This document shows, piece by piece, positions 1 to 11,744 of a stretch of 64,000 nucleotides of DNA (position 1 is its first letter; each line of letters starts with the position of its first letter). The notes beneath the pieces are model-generated. The model saw nothing but the letters and a program-made list of their open reading frames with translations. It did no database searches and was not told the DNA's origin. The stretch comes from Naegleria gruberi (Eukaryota). Where the stretch lies: NCBI GenBank assembly GCA_000004985.1, contig GG738867.1, one strand, 5' to 3'. Made by a program: the position numbers and the translations under genes.

Positions 1-1
1 G

Positions 2-1470
2 AATTGGTACGAACAAATTGTCATGTTGAATACTAGTCTTGCTTCTGGAAGCTGGGGTGGAGCTGATGATGGTGTCATGCATTATCCATTATCATCTATC
101 CAAATCTTGACAAGTGTCTATGAGAATTCACCTGCTTCCATTGCTAATGGATGTGTTCTGGTCGATGATATTTATGCATTGAATTTTAATGGTGTTAATT
201 TGGATACATCCAAGTTTGTTTGGACTCCATTCAAGAATGCCAATGGAACTAATGGTATTGACATGTTGTCAAGAATGGGAGTTGCTCTCCATTACACAAC
301 TAATACTGCCATTCTTGATGCTGTTAAGAATGCTGGTTTCCAATGGATCAGATGTGATTTTTCTGGGGTTGGGTTGAACAAGTTAAGGGTGTTTACGACT
401 TTACAGTTTACGATAATTTCCTTACTCTTCTCCAAGCTCGTGGTTTGAAAGTTTTGTGGATTCTGACCTATTCCAATGATTTGTACAGTCCAGGAACTGC
501 TCCATTGACTGCAACTGCCATTTCTGCCTATGCCAACTATTCCAGAGCTGCTGCCAAGAGATATGCTAGAAAGGGTGTCATGTACGAAGTTTACAATGAG
601 GCTGATATTCAAGGAATTCCAACTGGTACTCAATATGCTAATTTGGCCAAAGCAACCATTTCTGCAATCTATGAAGGTGATCCATCTGCTCTTATTTCCA
701 CAACTGGATTGGGTGGATTCAATTATGCCTATTTGAGAGAGTACATGCAACAAGGAGGATCAAAAGGATATAATTTCATTGGTTTGCATCCGTATGGACC
801 TGGAAAGGCATATGGCTATGGACCATTGTGTGATCAAATGAGAAAATTCCGTTCAGTTATTAATGAATTTACATCCCTTTCAACATTTGGTGTCCATTCC
901 AATTATGGAAGTGTAGTTACAACCTATCCACCAGTCTTGGACACAGAATGGGGATTAAGCTCCACCGATTACAATGGAAATGGTTTGGATGCAACTGCCT
1001 TAAGATTACATGCCTCACTCGTAGCCAACAGAATGTTAGCTGGTTTAGCCATGGGCTTCCCACTATCTGTCTATTACGATATGGTCAATGATGGAACTGA
1101 CGCCACCGAAAGAGAATACAACTTTGGTTTGTTATATGCTGATTTAACTGAGAAACCAGCAATGAAAGCAGTCAAACAATTATTCAACATTGCCAGAAGT
1201 AGAATGTTTGATGGTTATGTTAAGGTTGTGGATTCTCCATCACTTGTGGCCATGAGATTTATGGGACAAAGTGATTATATTGTTGTGATATGGGCAGGTG
1301 ATTTGAATACCTATACTAATGTTTATCTGCCAGGTGTTGTTTCAGTTGTGAACATTTTTGGAAATGCTGTAACTTTGAGTGGTGGAAATTTAAAGATTGG
1401 TGCTGTTGATGGTCCTTATTATGCAACTTATAAGAAGGATTCTGCTACTTTGGCCTCTCAATTCCAATAA
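2..1470 (+). CDS. Glycoside hydrolase, GH5-like (cellulase/mannanase superfamily), 5'-partial. An apparent 1-nt frameshift in a T-run near nt 359-363 shifts the reading frame by one (ORF-track segments 23..448 and 445..1470).
   Basis: Translation contains FSWGWVEQ...GLKVLWILTYSND, a VYNEAD motif (acid/base NE) and a TEWGLSS motif (nucleophile E), which are typical GH5 signatures. The open frame runs off the window start. The two ORF-track pieces are contiguous only if a single T is inserted in the TTTT run at 359-362. Confidence 0.6.
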
Positions 1471-2109
1471 AATGTGATTATTTCAATGATTTTGTTTCTA
1501 GCCGAATCTTTGCGAAAGTAACGGAAACAACTGGCGCCAAAATACAAAAGATTGAAATTGACCTAATTTGTGCAGTGCCGGCAATAATTCCATGTAGTCC
1601 ATTATTTGCATTCCTCTGTGACAATTTTCAAAAACAATTCCACAACATTATTTCACACCTGCCAACCTTCAACCCATCAATCCAATTTTTTACATTTTCC
1701 TTTGTTGAACTTCCTTTTCCACAAAACTCTTTCAACCACCAAAATTAAACGTTAAAACAAATCATCACTATTTTCAAAAAAAAATATGGTCAATTCTGAT
1801 TTGTGAATCTTCATCATACAACAACAATAACAATAAGAATAACAATCTTCAGCATACAACAAGAGAAACGCAAAATTTTCTTTTCAAACACACTCTGAAA
1901 ACCGCACAACAGCAACAACAGCAGCACCAAAATACATTAAATTCCGTTGGGCGGGAAATCTTTTGGATTTTAATTCGCTAATTCACAATTCATCATCATC
2001 ATTATCCATTAACTATATAATTTATATTTATTTCTCTATATATTTGATTATTGTTTTCATAAATAATTCTTCATCATTAGACCGGAAAATAGTAAATAAT
2101 TTTCAAATC

Positions 2110-5100
2110 ATGGCATCAAGTGATGTTCCAATTGAAAACAACCATATATCAACAACAACAACATGGGGAAGTGCTGCTACTAATACAATAACATCAACTC
2201 CAAGACTATTGCCGAAACCTCCAGTAACACCAAGAGGAAGTACAAAGGGAAGTTTGACACCATTAACAACGACAACAACAACCACCACTACTCCAAATAG
2301 TACTATTGCTAATGTTGTTAATGTAGGGAAACAACCTCCTCCAATTACAAATATTATTAGAAATCGAATAGAATTGGAGGAAAGAGAAAAGGAAAATCAA
2401 CAAAATATTCATTTATCATCACCGTTAACATCACCATCATCAATGCATAATAGTAATACTAATAGCTATTCGAATGAATATGAAAATTCCTCATACCTTT
2501 TCCAAGATGAAGTTGAAGAATATAAAACACCACCCAAACAATCGAGCACATCAACTCCCACAACAGAATCTTCATCTGCACTTCCTCCTCCTCCACCTTC
2601 TCTTCCATCATCAATGTCTAAATTGGCTTTAAAGAATGGAAAGATCAATAATAATTATCAGAAAGTAGTGACGACCACCATGATGAGTCCTCCACCTCCT
2701 CCACCAATAACAGTGGTGAGGAATGCACCTATTGCTACAATAGCTAGTACTGCATCACCAACAGTTTCGAATAGTAGTAATACTACACAACCAGAATCAC
2801 CTCGATTGGAAAGATACAAACCACTTCCTTCTGTTGCTAAATATAAGAGAGATTCAGTGGTAATTGCTAATTTGGCCAGTTTACCACCTCCTCAAATAAG
2901 TGATATGAAAGCATTCCTTGATATTTATGACAATAAGATACTAATTGTTGATTCGAGAGCATTTAGTGGCAGTAAAACTGTTAGTGAGCAATTAATATCA
3001 AGATTCACATTACGTACATTGACCATTGACAGCATTTTAGGAAGGGGCTGTTCGGGATGTGTCTATTTATGTAGTGAGAATGGAGAAAAGTTGGCTGTAA
3101 AGATTGTCACTCCAACTGCTACTTTTGCACCTAATGTAAAAGCAGAGTATGAACTAATGAGGTCATTGAATCATGATAGTATCATGAAAGTCCATGATTA
3201 TTTTGAAATGTTAACCTCACTTCAACCTGGATCTTTATTTACAATGAAATATTATGAAAATGGAGATTTGAGAAGATTAATTGAGGATTTTGAAAAGAAG
3301 GAAAAGAAAATCTCTATTCATGTATGTATTTTTTATAATTTTTAATGTAATGTGGATTTACCTTTGAATGAAAATTGAAACAAACAGTTGATTTATGATT
3401 TCATTTATCAAATGGCTAGCTCTTTAAATTTTATTCACACTCAAAAAATAATTCACCGAGATTTGGTATGTTTTAAAATTAATCAATTTCATAACCATTT
3501 CATCAATAGAAAGTAAGTTTCCTCTTTTGTTCCTCTTACTAAATTTGATTAATAGCCTGAAAATATTTTTATGGAAAAACAAACAGATCACACTTGTAAA
3601 ATAGTATTGGGAGATTTTGGATTGGCTAAAACTATACAACAATCACATGGACTCTATTCGATTGTTGGAACAATGAATTACCTTTCTCCTGAAATTGTAA
3701 ATAATTCTGAATACGGAGCAGAAACTGATATATGGAGTTTTGGTGTTGTCTGTTACGAGTTAATGACCTTAAAGAGTAAGCAAGTTGAAAGAGTGGTTAC
3801 ACTCCGCCAACAAGGAGCTCTCGTCAATGACATGCTCAACAGATATCCTCAAGAGGTTACCATGATCGAGTTGATTGTTCAAATGTTGAACAAGAATCCC
3901 TCTGATAGACCATCAGCGGATGAAATTCTCAAACAACCATGCATGAAACACTTTATTGAAATGAAGAAAGTGTGTGAACATATTGTACAGAAGCTTACTG
4001 AAAGTTTGGCTTATTTCCAGAAAAATTACGAGTTTGAAAAATGTGTACAGATCAAAGATCTTCTACAGAGTATTAGTCAACTGAGAGCAGAGTCCTGTGA
4101 TTCGAGTAGACTCAGGATATCACTCTTCAATGCATATACATTCTTGGAAGAAAAATTACCTGAAAATATTGACCTAAAACCAACTAAACCAAAGGTCAAT
4201 TTGGCTTCCTCTCCAGAAAAGCAAATAACTACCAAGAGAAGATCTAATACCAAAGCTGGTGTAACAAGTCCATCTAATCAAAATCCTCCATCATCCAATA
4301 CAACAATAACTACCACCACCAATAATCAACCTAACTTTAGAGTAACCATCTCAGGAGATGAGGAATTTTCACATCATTCTGAGGAATCTGAAAATTCCTC
4401 TGGTTCCACCGATAGTTCAACTGCTGTCAAGAAAAACTCCAATGCAAATAGTTTAGAGCTCGAAGATCCAAATATTATTAGAAAGAGGTCATCCTCTCGT
4501 AATACTATTATAAATCAAATCAAGGGATGGGTTGGTTATGGAACAGAAAAGGAGAAAAGCTTTAGACAAACTGTGGTAATTAAGCCACCAGATCCAAACA
4601 AGTTCCAACACAGCCATCACATTGGAGTGGACGATAGAAATAGAGTGAGTGGAAATTATCCAAAAGATTTTGATTCAGTCTTACAAGACATGCATATGGA
4701 ACCAGTAGAAAGCCCAATTGTTGAAACTCCCACTCCTGTCATTAAAGAAGGAGAAGAGGAAGAAGAAATTAAACCAAGACTACACAGAAGATCAACAAGT
4801 CTATTCGAAAAGCCATCCCTCAATCAATCTCTAGATGAGATTACAACAGTCGCGAGTCCAACCAAACAACGTAGCTCGACTGTGAAAAGTAGTAATAGCC
4901 CTGTACCACCAGTGGAGATTTTAAAAGATCCTCCAAACTCACCACCAAGTACAACAACTCCTTCGACACCCTCTAACTCTGAAATACTCAAAATTTCTCC
5001 ACGATTTGGAAAGGCTGGAAAGTTAGAAGTCAGTCCAACTCCATTCGAAATTACTGGTACTCCTGTAAAATCTCCAAACACACAAAATGGTGTGGAAATT

Positions 5101-5214
5101 CCAAGTATTGGAGGTGCATTCAAACTCATCTCTGACCGAAGACAACAAGATATCATTGAAAAGAATATTGAAGAAGCTTGTAGCTCACCAACAGTTTCAA
5201 GAAGACGAAGGTAA
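2110..5214 (+). CDS. Ser/Thr protein kinase, NEK-like catalytic domain, with long low-complexity N- and C-terminal extensions. Multi-exon model: 2110..3321, 3388..3465, candidate micro-exon 3510..3512, 3556..5214.
   Basis: Kinase motifs are present: GRGCSGCVY...LAVKIV (Gly-loop and VAIK), IIHRDL | K | PENIF, DFGLAK, GTMNYLSPE and DIWSFGVVCYEL. The catalytic domain is split across ORF-track pieces 1963..3345 and 3571..5214. Intron boundaries are GTATGT...CAG (3322..3387), GTATGT...ATAG (3466..3509) and GTAAGT...AATAG (3513..3555). Confidence 0.7.
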
Positions 5215-5321
5215 AATAATAAACTATGATGACTGTTTCCAATAATTGTTAAACAACAATCCAAGAAATTTCAATAATTAAGAAAGGTTTTATTAATTCT
5301 TACATTACTAAAATCCAAGTC

Positions 5322-6209
5322 TTAAATATCATCGTTAGAAATGAGATTCTCCTTATTATTGTCACTCATTATTTCATCGTCTGAATTTTGATCTACAGCA
5401 GCAAAATCCTCATCAGTTGCATACAGTATCTTTTGCATATCTCTCATAAAGGTGAGTTGTTCCTGTGAAGCAGATTGATTATCTTCAATGGCTTGTGTAT
5501 ATAATTCAATGTCTCTGAGTTTTTGGAAGTAAAAGTCTCTTTCTCTCTCTAGGTTTTCAATTCTTAGTTGCATCATTGATAAAGAGGATTTTGGAGGGGC
5601 TGCTATCTTCTTCTCTATTTGAGTTCTAGCTCCTCCCCTTGTTGTGTTTACATTTCTAACGTTATTCATCTTATTGGTTGATGTTGTACTATTTATAGAG
5701 GTATTAAGGTTGTTGGTTGGTTTTCTTTGTGATATTGATGATGATACAGAGAGTGTACTAGTATTTGTTTGTGATGATCCTGCAATGGTTGTTGTTGTTT
5801 TTGTTGTTTGTCTATATTCCTTGATGGCAGCCTTTCTTTTCGAAACGGCATCATATCCAGCGTCTGTGCCTTCATTCAATTTGTCGTCATAGAACTTTTT
5901 AAGCCACTGTAGAAATTCTAAATTATCTTGATATTTTCCTCTAATTAATTTGTTAACTTCTATCACCTTCGGAATGTTCAGCTTGGTGAATACACTCTGT
6001 AGAATTTTATAATTTTTAATATATTCATAATCAAACTTGGCTTCAAAGTTTACTTTGGACATTGGTACAACTCCCGGAAAGAGACTATCTACTATTTGGC
6101 AAGCACAAGCTCCTGTACATGTTTGTTCTATACGTTCATATCCAAAACCGAACGATTCATTGATCCACTGCAGTAACTCCTTTCTTCCCATATGATAAGC
6201 GTCGGTCAT
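5322..6209 (-). CDS. EB1: Microtubule plus-end binding protein, EB1/RP family (calponin-homology domain plus EB1 C-terminal coiled-coil/EBH domain).
   Basis: N-terminal MTDAYHMGRKELLQWINESF...CTGACACQIVDSLFPG is a calponin-homology domain. C-terminal LRIENLERERDFYFQKLRDIELYTQ is the EB1-like signature motif. Single uninterrupted ORF. Confidence 0.85.
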   Translation of the reverse strand: MTDAYHMGRKELLQWINESFGFGYERIEQTCTGACACQIVDSLFPGVVPMSKVNFEAKFDYEYIKNYKILQSVFTKLNIPKVIEVNKLIRGKYQDNLEFLQWLKKFYDDKLNEGTDAGYDAVSKRKAAIKEYRQTTKTTTTIAGSSQTNTSTLSVSSSISQRKPTNNLNTSINSTTSTNKMNNVRNVNTTRGGARTQIEKKIAAPPKSSLSMMQLRIENLERERDFYFQKLRDIELYTQAIEDNQSASQEQLTFMRDMQKILYATDEDFAAVDQNSDDEIMSDNNKENLISNDDI

Positions 6210-6615
6210 GTTGATTGGTAGTTATGATGATATTTTTTTTTTTGAAACTCTTCTTTTGCTAACTGTTCATTTTGGCGCGAAAAGAAGCCTCCCTGTAATT
6301 TCTTCATTCACTTTGTTTGAAAACAATACTAGATGATTATTCTGAAACAGTTTATTACTTATTAATATTTCTTTGTTATTATGAAAGGTCATCTTCTGTG
6401 TGAGAATTTTAAAATTAGAAATGAACGTTAGGAATAACAATTCACCTTATTGCATCTTTTAATTTTTAATTATTTTAAAAAAATTATCGTTAAGAAACGC
6501 CCTAGTGGTATTAAGCCGAGTCGACTTCACACTTTTGAAGACCGTTGTACATATATAATAGTAACATTAATCTAATACAACAATCATTGTATAATAATCT
6601 AGGTAATTAATCATC

Positions 6616-8457
6616 ATGTCTTCGATGCCTCCGTTCGTGAAACAAAATTCAACCTCAAGCGTTTCATCATCTTCAGCTCCTAAAGCCTCAAAGCCATCAT
6701 TTAGGGAAAGATATCAATTGGATTCACCTTCTTCATCCCCTAGGACACCAACAACAATTGGAGAAGATGGATTTAATTCTACTGTTTCTGTTGAAGAAAC
6801 AAGATCGCCTTCCAACATTGTTTCGGCGGTAACATCATCAAAGGCAAGAATTATGGCTTTGCAAGAGGTTTTGCTCTCAAGAAAAGAAAAGGATAGAAGT
6901 GAATCACCAGCTGGTGAACAAAGAAAAACTCCATTTTCTATGGATTTTGAGAATAGATCGTCACCAAGAGTCTCTCCAAGAAATGTCTTTGACAACACTA
7001 AGGAGACAACTCCTACTATTGCCGTAACTTCATCATCGAATGTATTTACAGTACAAGGAGGTGAAGAGGGGAATAAGGTGGAAGTAAGTCAAGATCCAGT
7101 GCAAGCACATTTGGACAGAATTATGAATAGAAGAAAGGAAAGAGTTGTGACACAACCTGAACCAACGCAACCAGTAATGGATACCCCAAAGAGAGAACAA
7201 GAAACAAATGACAAGTTACAAGCAATTTTCGAAAGAAGAAAGAATAGAGAAGATAAATTGGAACAAATATTAATTGGAGAAGATTCTAACTCATCAGAAG
7301 ATGCTTCATCTGCATCAGGAGACATTATGAATGAATTCTTGAAACGAAGTGTTGAGAATAGCAGAGAATCATCACCAGTTCCAACCTCAACTTCTGATCC
7401 ATCAAAGATATCAGATCCAAAAATTCCAATGTCTGAAGCTACTTACAATCAACCAGAACCTAGAGAAAATATTCAACCAAAAATTGTTGAACCACCAGCA
7501 AGAGCAGTGGAAGATAGAAGAGATCTCACACCAACATTGCATCTGGATCATTTGAAATCATCTCCAATGCGTGGATCCCCTAAGATGCTTAGATTCAAGG
7601 AAGAAGATGAAATTTCCAGGCCAATTGAAGCACTTCCACATAATGTATCATTGTGGAGAATAACTGGAGAAAGATGGAAACTCTACAATGTTTCTTCGTT
7701 CCTTTCCAAAGAGTCGATGGCAATATTGTCGAATAGAACAACAGAACAACCAAATAATTTCGATGCCTTCTTTAATGAGACAGACACTGACCAAGGTGAA
7801 AGCTATCCTCACTACCAAAAAGCTCTTCAAAATCCATATCCTTCTTATCCATACGATCCTAAACCTGTCAGCAATCCATTTTCTTCTGAATTGAATTCCC
7901 CACAACCAAGAATGTTCAAATTCAGAAATCTTGATGATTTATTCCAAGCATCTTTTGAAGTTCCAACAGAAAATGGCATTGGAAAGAGACAGGCATTTAG
8001 AGCTGATTTGAATGGTAACTTTTTGAGATGTCTCAAAACTAATCAAGTTTTCAATCAATTTTTATCTATCGAAGAAGAAATTCTGAATAGATTGATAACA
8101 GGAAAGGAAGTTCTTAAAAACACTCCAAAAGGAAAGGTACACAAGAGATACCTTTTTATTGATCCAAAGAATAAGGAATTGGTATGGAGCGAAAATGAAA
8201 AGAAAAAGACTGGACTTGCTCGTGCTTCAAGAAGAATCAAATTGGCCGATATCACCCAATTGAAAGCATTGGAAATGACAATGGATCAAGCAAGAGTTAT
8301 GAAGATTGCAGTTCCATACGATAAGAAGCCATTTGGTTTGGTTATTGTATCACGAACAAGAACTGCTGAATTTATTGCAACAGAGAAACCATCCGAATTC
8401 CTTGCTATAGTAGTTGCCATTGCTTTAGCAGCTCACAAATATGGAACAACAATTTAA
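6616..8457 (+). CDS. Hypothetical Ser/Pro-rich protein with a possible PH-like C-terminal domain.
   Basis: 613-aa uninterrupted ORF. N-terminal two-thirds is low complexity and S/T/P/E-rich. C-terminal about 130 aa (KVHKRYLFIDPKNKELVWSE...FGLVIVSRTRTAEFIA) resembles a PH/GRAM-like fold. No confident family assignment. Confidence 0.5.
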   Translation: MSSMPPFVKQNSTSSVSSSSAPKASKPSFRERYQLDSPSSSPRTPTTIGEDGFNSTVSVEETRSPSNIVSAVTSSKARIMALQEVLLSRKEKDRSESPAGEQRKTPFSMDFENRSSPRVSPRNVFDNTKETTPTIAVTSSSNVFTVQGGEEGNKVEVSQDPVQAHLDRIMNRRKERVVTQPEPTQPVMDTPKREQETNDKLQAIFERRKNREDKLEQILIGEDSNSSEDASSASGDIMNEFLKRSVENSRESSPVPTSTSDPSKISDPKIPMSEATYNQPEPRENIQPKIVEPPARAVEDRRDLTPTLHLDHLKSSPMRGSPKMLRFKEEDEISRPIEALPHNVSLWRITGERWKLYNVSSFLSKESMAILSNRTTEQPNNFDAFFNETDTDQGESYPHYQKALQNPYPSYPYDPKPVSNPFSSELNSPQPRMFKFRNLDDLFQASFEVPTENGIGKRQAFRADLNGNFLRCLKTNQVFNQFLSIEEEILNRLITGKEVLKNTPKGKVHKRYLFIDPKNKELVWSENEKKKTGLARASRRIKLADITQLKALEMTMDQARVMKIAVPYDKKPFGLVIVSRTRTAEFIATEKPSEFLAIVVAIALAAHKYGTTI

Positions 8458-8542
8458 ATAAATTAACAATTATTCATCATTTTCTTCAATTAATTTGTAA
8501 TAATAACGGTCTTATTGTTCCCAAAAAAACTATTAATAAAAA

Positions 8543-9700
8543 ATGATTAATAATCGTGATGATCCTATTCTGAAGGAGGAAGAGATTGAAACTCTCTCTG
8601 ATTTGGATGAATTAGATGAATTGGACAATACACAAATTTTAGAACAATTTCTCTCCTTGTTGGAAGTTTACGAGAATTGTCTGAGTAATATTGCAAAATT
8701 ATTGGAGTACGTTGGAAAGAATAGTGCTGATTCGCTCTCAATTCGGAAGGATATTAAACATGAGAAGGATTTTGCACTCTCGCTCTCAAAGGATCTACAC
8801 GAATTATTATATGTTCATAATTCATACATTACCGAACATCATAATAATCACGTTGTTCGTTACAAGAAGAAAATGCAAGAATTGAATATTCTCTTTCAAA
8901 GATTTAAAGATTTGGAAAAGCAATATCCAGCATCGAACCTACCCGAAACAACCTCATCTACAAGTTACTACTCTCTAACTCCAGTCTATAAGAAATTATC
9001 AGGTTACATTTTCAAACAAGATGAAACTACCCATTTAGAGGAAGAATTGTTAAAACAACATGGAATTCATGATGATATGGAAATGTCTCACGATAAATTA
9101 GATGAATTGAAAAATGATTTGAAAGAATTGGTTTCAGTTTTTGAAACTCTTGAAGAAAGTTCCACAAAGAAGGATAAGAGAAAGAATAATCACTCTTCTT
9201 CTACAAGTATAGATGTAAATAATCACCCACAATCATCAACAAATAACAATAATAACCACTCGAGCAATAATCAAAGCACTGCTTCATCTTCTACTTCTGC
9301 ATCTCAAACCAGTAATGGTGCTTATTATGGAGCTGCTGTTGTAAGCTTGGGATTATTGGCTGGATCTCTAATTGGTGGACCTGTAGGAATGTACGTTGGA
9401 GGAAAATTAGGAGCTAGTATAATGACAACAGCTAGTTTGGGGAGTGGTATTGGTATGATTGGAAGTGGTCTACTCTTAGCAGGAAAGGGATATTTCTCTA
9501 GGCAAGAGAAACAACCACCAACTGAAATTGTAGCCACCACAACTACAAACAATCTTGATGCTTCATCCTCTACTACTATTATTGTGAATGGAACTACTAC
9601 TGAAAATAATGAACATTCTGAAAAGTCAGCAGAAGAAACAACTCCAAACACTCCACAAGATGAAAATTCCACTACTGAGGAAAGCAAAAAAGACAAGTAA
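8543..9700 (+). CDS. Hypothetical acidic helical protein with a C-terminal glycine-zipper double transmembrane hairpin.
   Basis: 385-aa ORF. Acidic N-terminus is DELDELD. Helical and coiled-coil segments follow. C-terminal GAAVVSLGLLAGSLIGGPVGMYVGGKLGASIMTTASLGSGIGMIGSGLLLAG forms GxxxG-rich hydrophobic hairpins. Confidence 0.5.
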   Translation: MINNRDDPILKEEEIETLSDLDELDELDNTQILEQFLSLLEVYENCLSNIAKLLEYVGKNSADSLSIRKDIKHEKDFALSLSKDLHELLYVHNSYITEHHNNHVVRYKKKMQELNILFQRFKDLEKQYPASNLPETTSSTSYYSLTPVYKKLSGYIFKQDETTHLEEELLKQHGIHDDMEMSHDKLDELKNDLKELVSVFETLEESSTKKDKRKNNHSSSTSIDVNNHPQSSTNNNNNHSSNNQSTASSSTSASQTSNGAYYGAAVVSLGLLAGSLIGGPVGMYVGGKLGASIMTTASLGSGIGMIGSGLLLAGKGYFSRQEKQPPTEIVATTTTNNLDASSSTTIIVNGTTTENNEHSEKSAEETTPNTPQDENSTTEESKKDK

Positions 9701-10137
9701 TGTATCATATGTATAGTATGCACCACCTTGTAAATATATTCTAACTATTAATAAACGTTAAATGGCATGTATTGATGAATATTAAGGTAAATATTATATA
9801 ATTATTTGAATAAATTGATTTCCAATGTTGTGAATTTCAATATTGAACTTAAATAGAAAGCAGCTTTTACAATTGTGAGTCATACAGAAGGTATTAAACA
9901 GATGGTGTGCAACTGTTAATATCTTCCAAACTATTAGCACTTTGTTTTCCTTAGTTTCGAATAACATTTCCAAGTTCAATTGTCAATTTAGAACCTTAGG
10001 TCTTGACCTATGAAATTTAGAAACCAAACCAAACTTTCTAAAAATAACAACTTAAAAAAATTCCTTCACTTCTCCCTCAAAATTCCATCACCAATACACT
10101 TTTCCTCAGCACCCTCAGAGAGAGTTTGAGAAAGTAG

Positions 10138-11577
10138 ATGACAACGACAATACTACATACAACAAGCACCACCACCACTGCTGCTAGTAACAACAATAAG
10201 GGTAATATTGATAAAACTGCTAATCTAATAAGTGAGGTTTTGTGTTCAGTTATCGGAGGAGGATCATCGAGAAGTACTATGGGTAATACAATGAAAGAGG
10301 AAGGTTCATCTTCTTCTACATCCTTAGTAGGAGGATCGTCGGTTTATATAAGTGATGAGGGGGTTTCGAATTTGAGCCATTATAAACCCTCATCACAATT
10401 GGATTATTCATTTATTTCAAAGATTTTGAATCCGTATTGGAATTATGTTGCTACATTGTTTCCTGATTGGATGGCACCGAATACAATTACTCTGATTGGA
10501 TTTTTGGCTGTTGTTTTTACATTTCTTGCAACAATTTATACGAATGATAGTGCAGAGCATCGTTGGATTTATCTGATGAATGCAATTGCATTGTTTTGGT
10601 ATCAAACAATGGATGCTTGTGATGGAAAACATGCCAGAAGAACACAAACTTCTTCACCTCTTGGAGAATTATTCGATCATGGTTGTGATTCAATTAATTC
10701 TCTAATGCAAACAGTGTTGGCTTTGGCTGCAATGCAATTATTGAATGTGGATGATGCTTGGATTTGTTTTGTAACATTGTTAACTGTAACTGCCATGTTT
10801 TACATTTCAATTTGGCAACAGTACCATACTGCAGTATTGAATTTTCAAAACTTTTCTGGACCAACCGAGGGTCAATTTGTAGTCATGATTGTCAACTTGG
10901 TTGTATTTGCATTCGGACCTATTGTATTCAATGATAACTTGATTCACTTGATTCTAGGTAATGTGGACGAATCCAGTATGTTGTATAGTTTGTCGAAGAG
11001 CGAGTTTGTCAAATTGAAGTATATTATCATTTTTGGAGTCAATGTGTCTACCATTACTGGAGTATTCCAATGTTTAAGAGATACAATCCAGTCAATTAAC
11101 AATACACATGATTTGGAAAATTCAAATGGACAAGAAAAGAGAATGAACAAAACTCCTGTTTTTAAATCTCTCTGTTCCTACCTAGTGTTTGCTTTGGTAT
11201 TTACCGTTTGGATTCTCATATCTGGTAGTAAGCAAACGTTGGAAAGAAATCTCTTGTCGGTTCTCTATTCCTACGGCATGTTTCATGCATACATAGTAAC
11301 AAGGACCATATTGGCCAGAGTTTGTGATATGACCATTCCAACTCTTATGCCAGTTCTGTATTTCCTAATTGTTGGATTGTTGAACACCCTATTTGGAATT
11401 ATGAAAGGAGGAAATGCCATTCTAGATGAAGGATTATATTTGAATATTTTGGTCATTGTGACCACTATTATGTATACTCATCTGGCCTATGATGTCATTT
11501 CCACATTAACTGCACACTTGGGAATTTATTGTTTTAGTGTGCAAAAAAGGAATCCAATCAATCCAACCTCAAAATAA
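10138..11577 (+). CDS. CDP-alcohol phosphatidyltransferase, choline/ethanolamine-phosphotransferase type (CPT1/EPT1-like).
   Basis: Catalytic motif DGKHARRTQTSSPLGELFDHGCDS matches D-G-x2-A-R-x8-G-x3-G-x3-D of the CPT/EPT family. The protein is polytopic and hydrophobic. The N-terminal 80 aa are low complexity. Confidence 0.8.
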   Translation: MTTTILHTTSTTTTAASNNNKGNIDKTANLISEVLCSVIGGGSSRSTMGNTMKEEGSSSSTSLVGGSSVYISDEGVSNLSHYKPSSQLDYSFISKILNPYWNYVATLFPDWMAPNTITLIGFLAVVFTFLATIYTNDSAEHRWIYLMNAIALFWYQTMDACDGKHARRTQTSSPLGELFDHGCDSINSLMQTVLALAAMQLLNVDDAWICFVTLLTVTAMFYISIWQQYHTAVLNFQNFSGPTEGQFVVMIVNLVVFAFGPIVFNDNLIHLILGNVDESSMLYSLSKSEFVKLKYIIIFGVNVSTITGVFQCLRDTIQSINNTHDLENSNGQEKRMNKTPVFKSLCSYLVFALVFTVWILISGSKQTLERNLLSVLYSYGMFHAYIVTRTILARVCDMTIPTLMPVLYFLIVGLLNTLFGIMKGGNAILDEGLYLNILVIVTTIMYTHLAYDVISTLTAHLGIYCFSVQKRNPINPTSK

Positions 11578-11744
11578 CTTGAATCTGAATTGATTTTGTA
11601 AATAGCAATGTAAAAAAGAAACCAACCTTAATTTATTAAATTCTAAGATTTTTAAAATATATTTTTAATTAAACTTTTTAATTATTGAAAAAATAAGGTG
11701 ATCTAATCGTGCCTTACCTTATCTTAATTGATTTTTACTGTACA

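Noticed and set aside
1963-2109. N-terminal 49 codons of ORF 1963..3345 (MDFNSLIHNSSSSLSINYIIYIYFSIYLIIVFINN...).
   Set aside because: This looks like the translation of AT-rich non-coding sequence (IYIYFSIYLIIVFIN). The start is more likely the Met at 2110 (MASSDVPIENN...).
2103-2648. Minus-strand ORFs 2103..2288 (poly-Val) and 2466..2648 (poly-Gly).
   Set aside because: They are antisense translations of the poly-Thr and poly-Pro codon runs of the kinase N-terminal low-complexity region.
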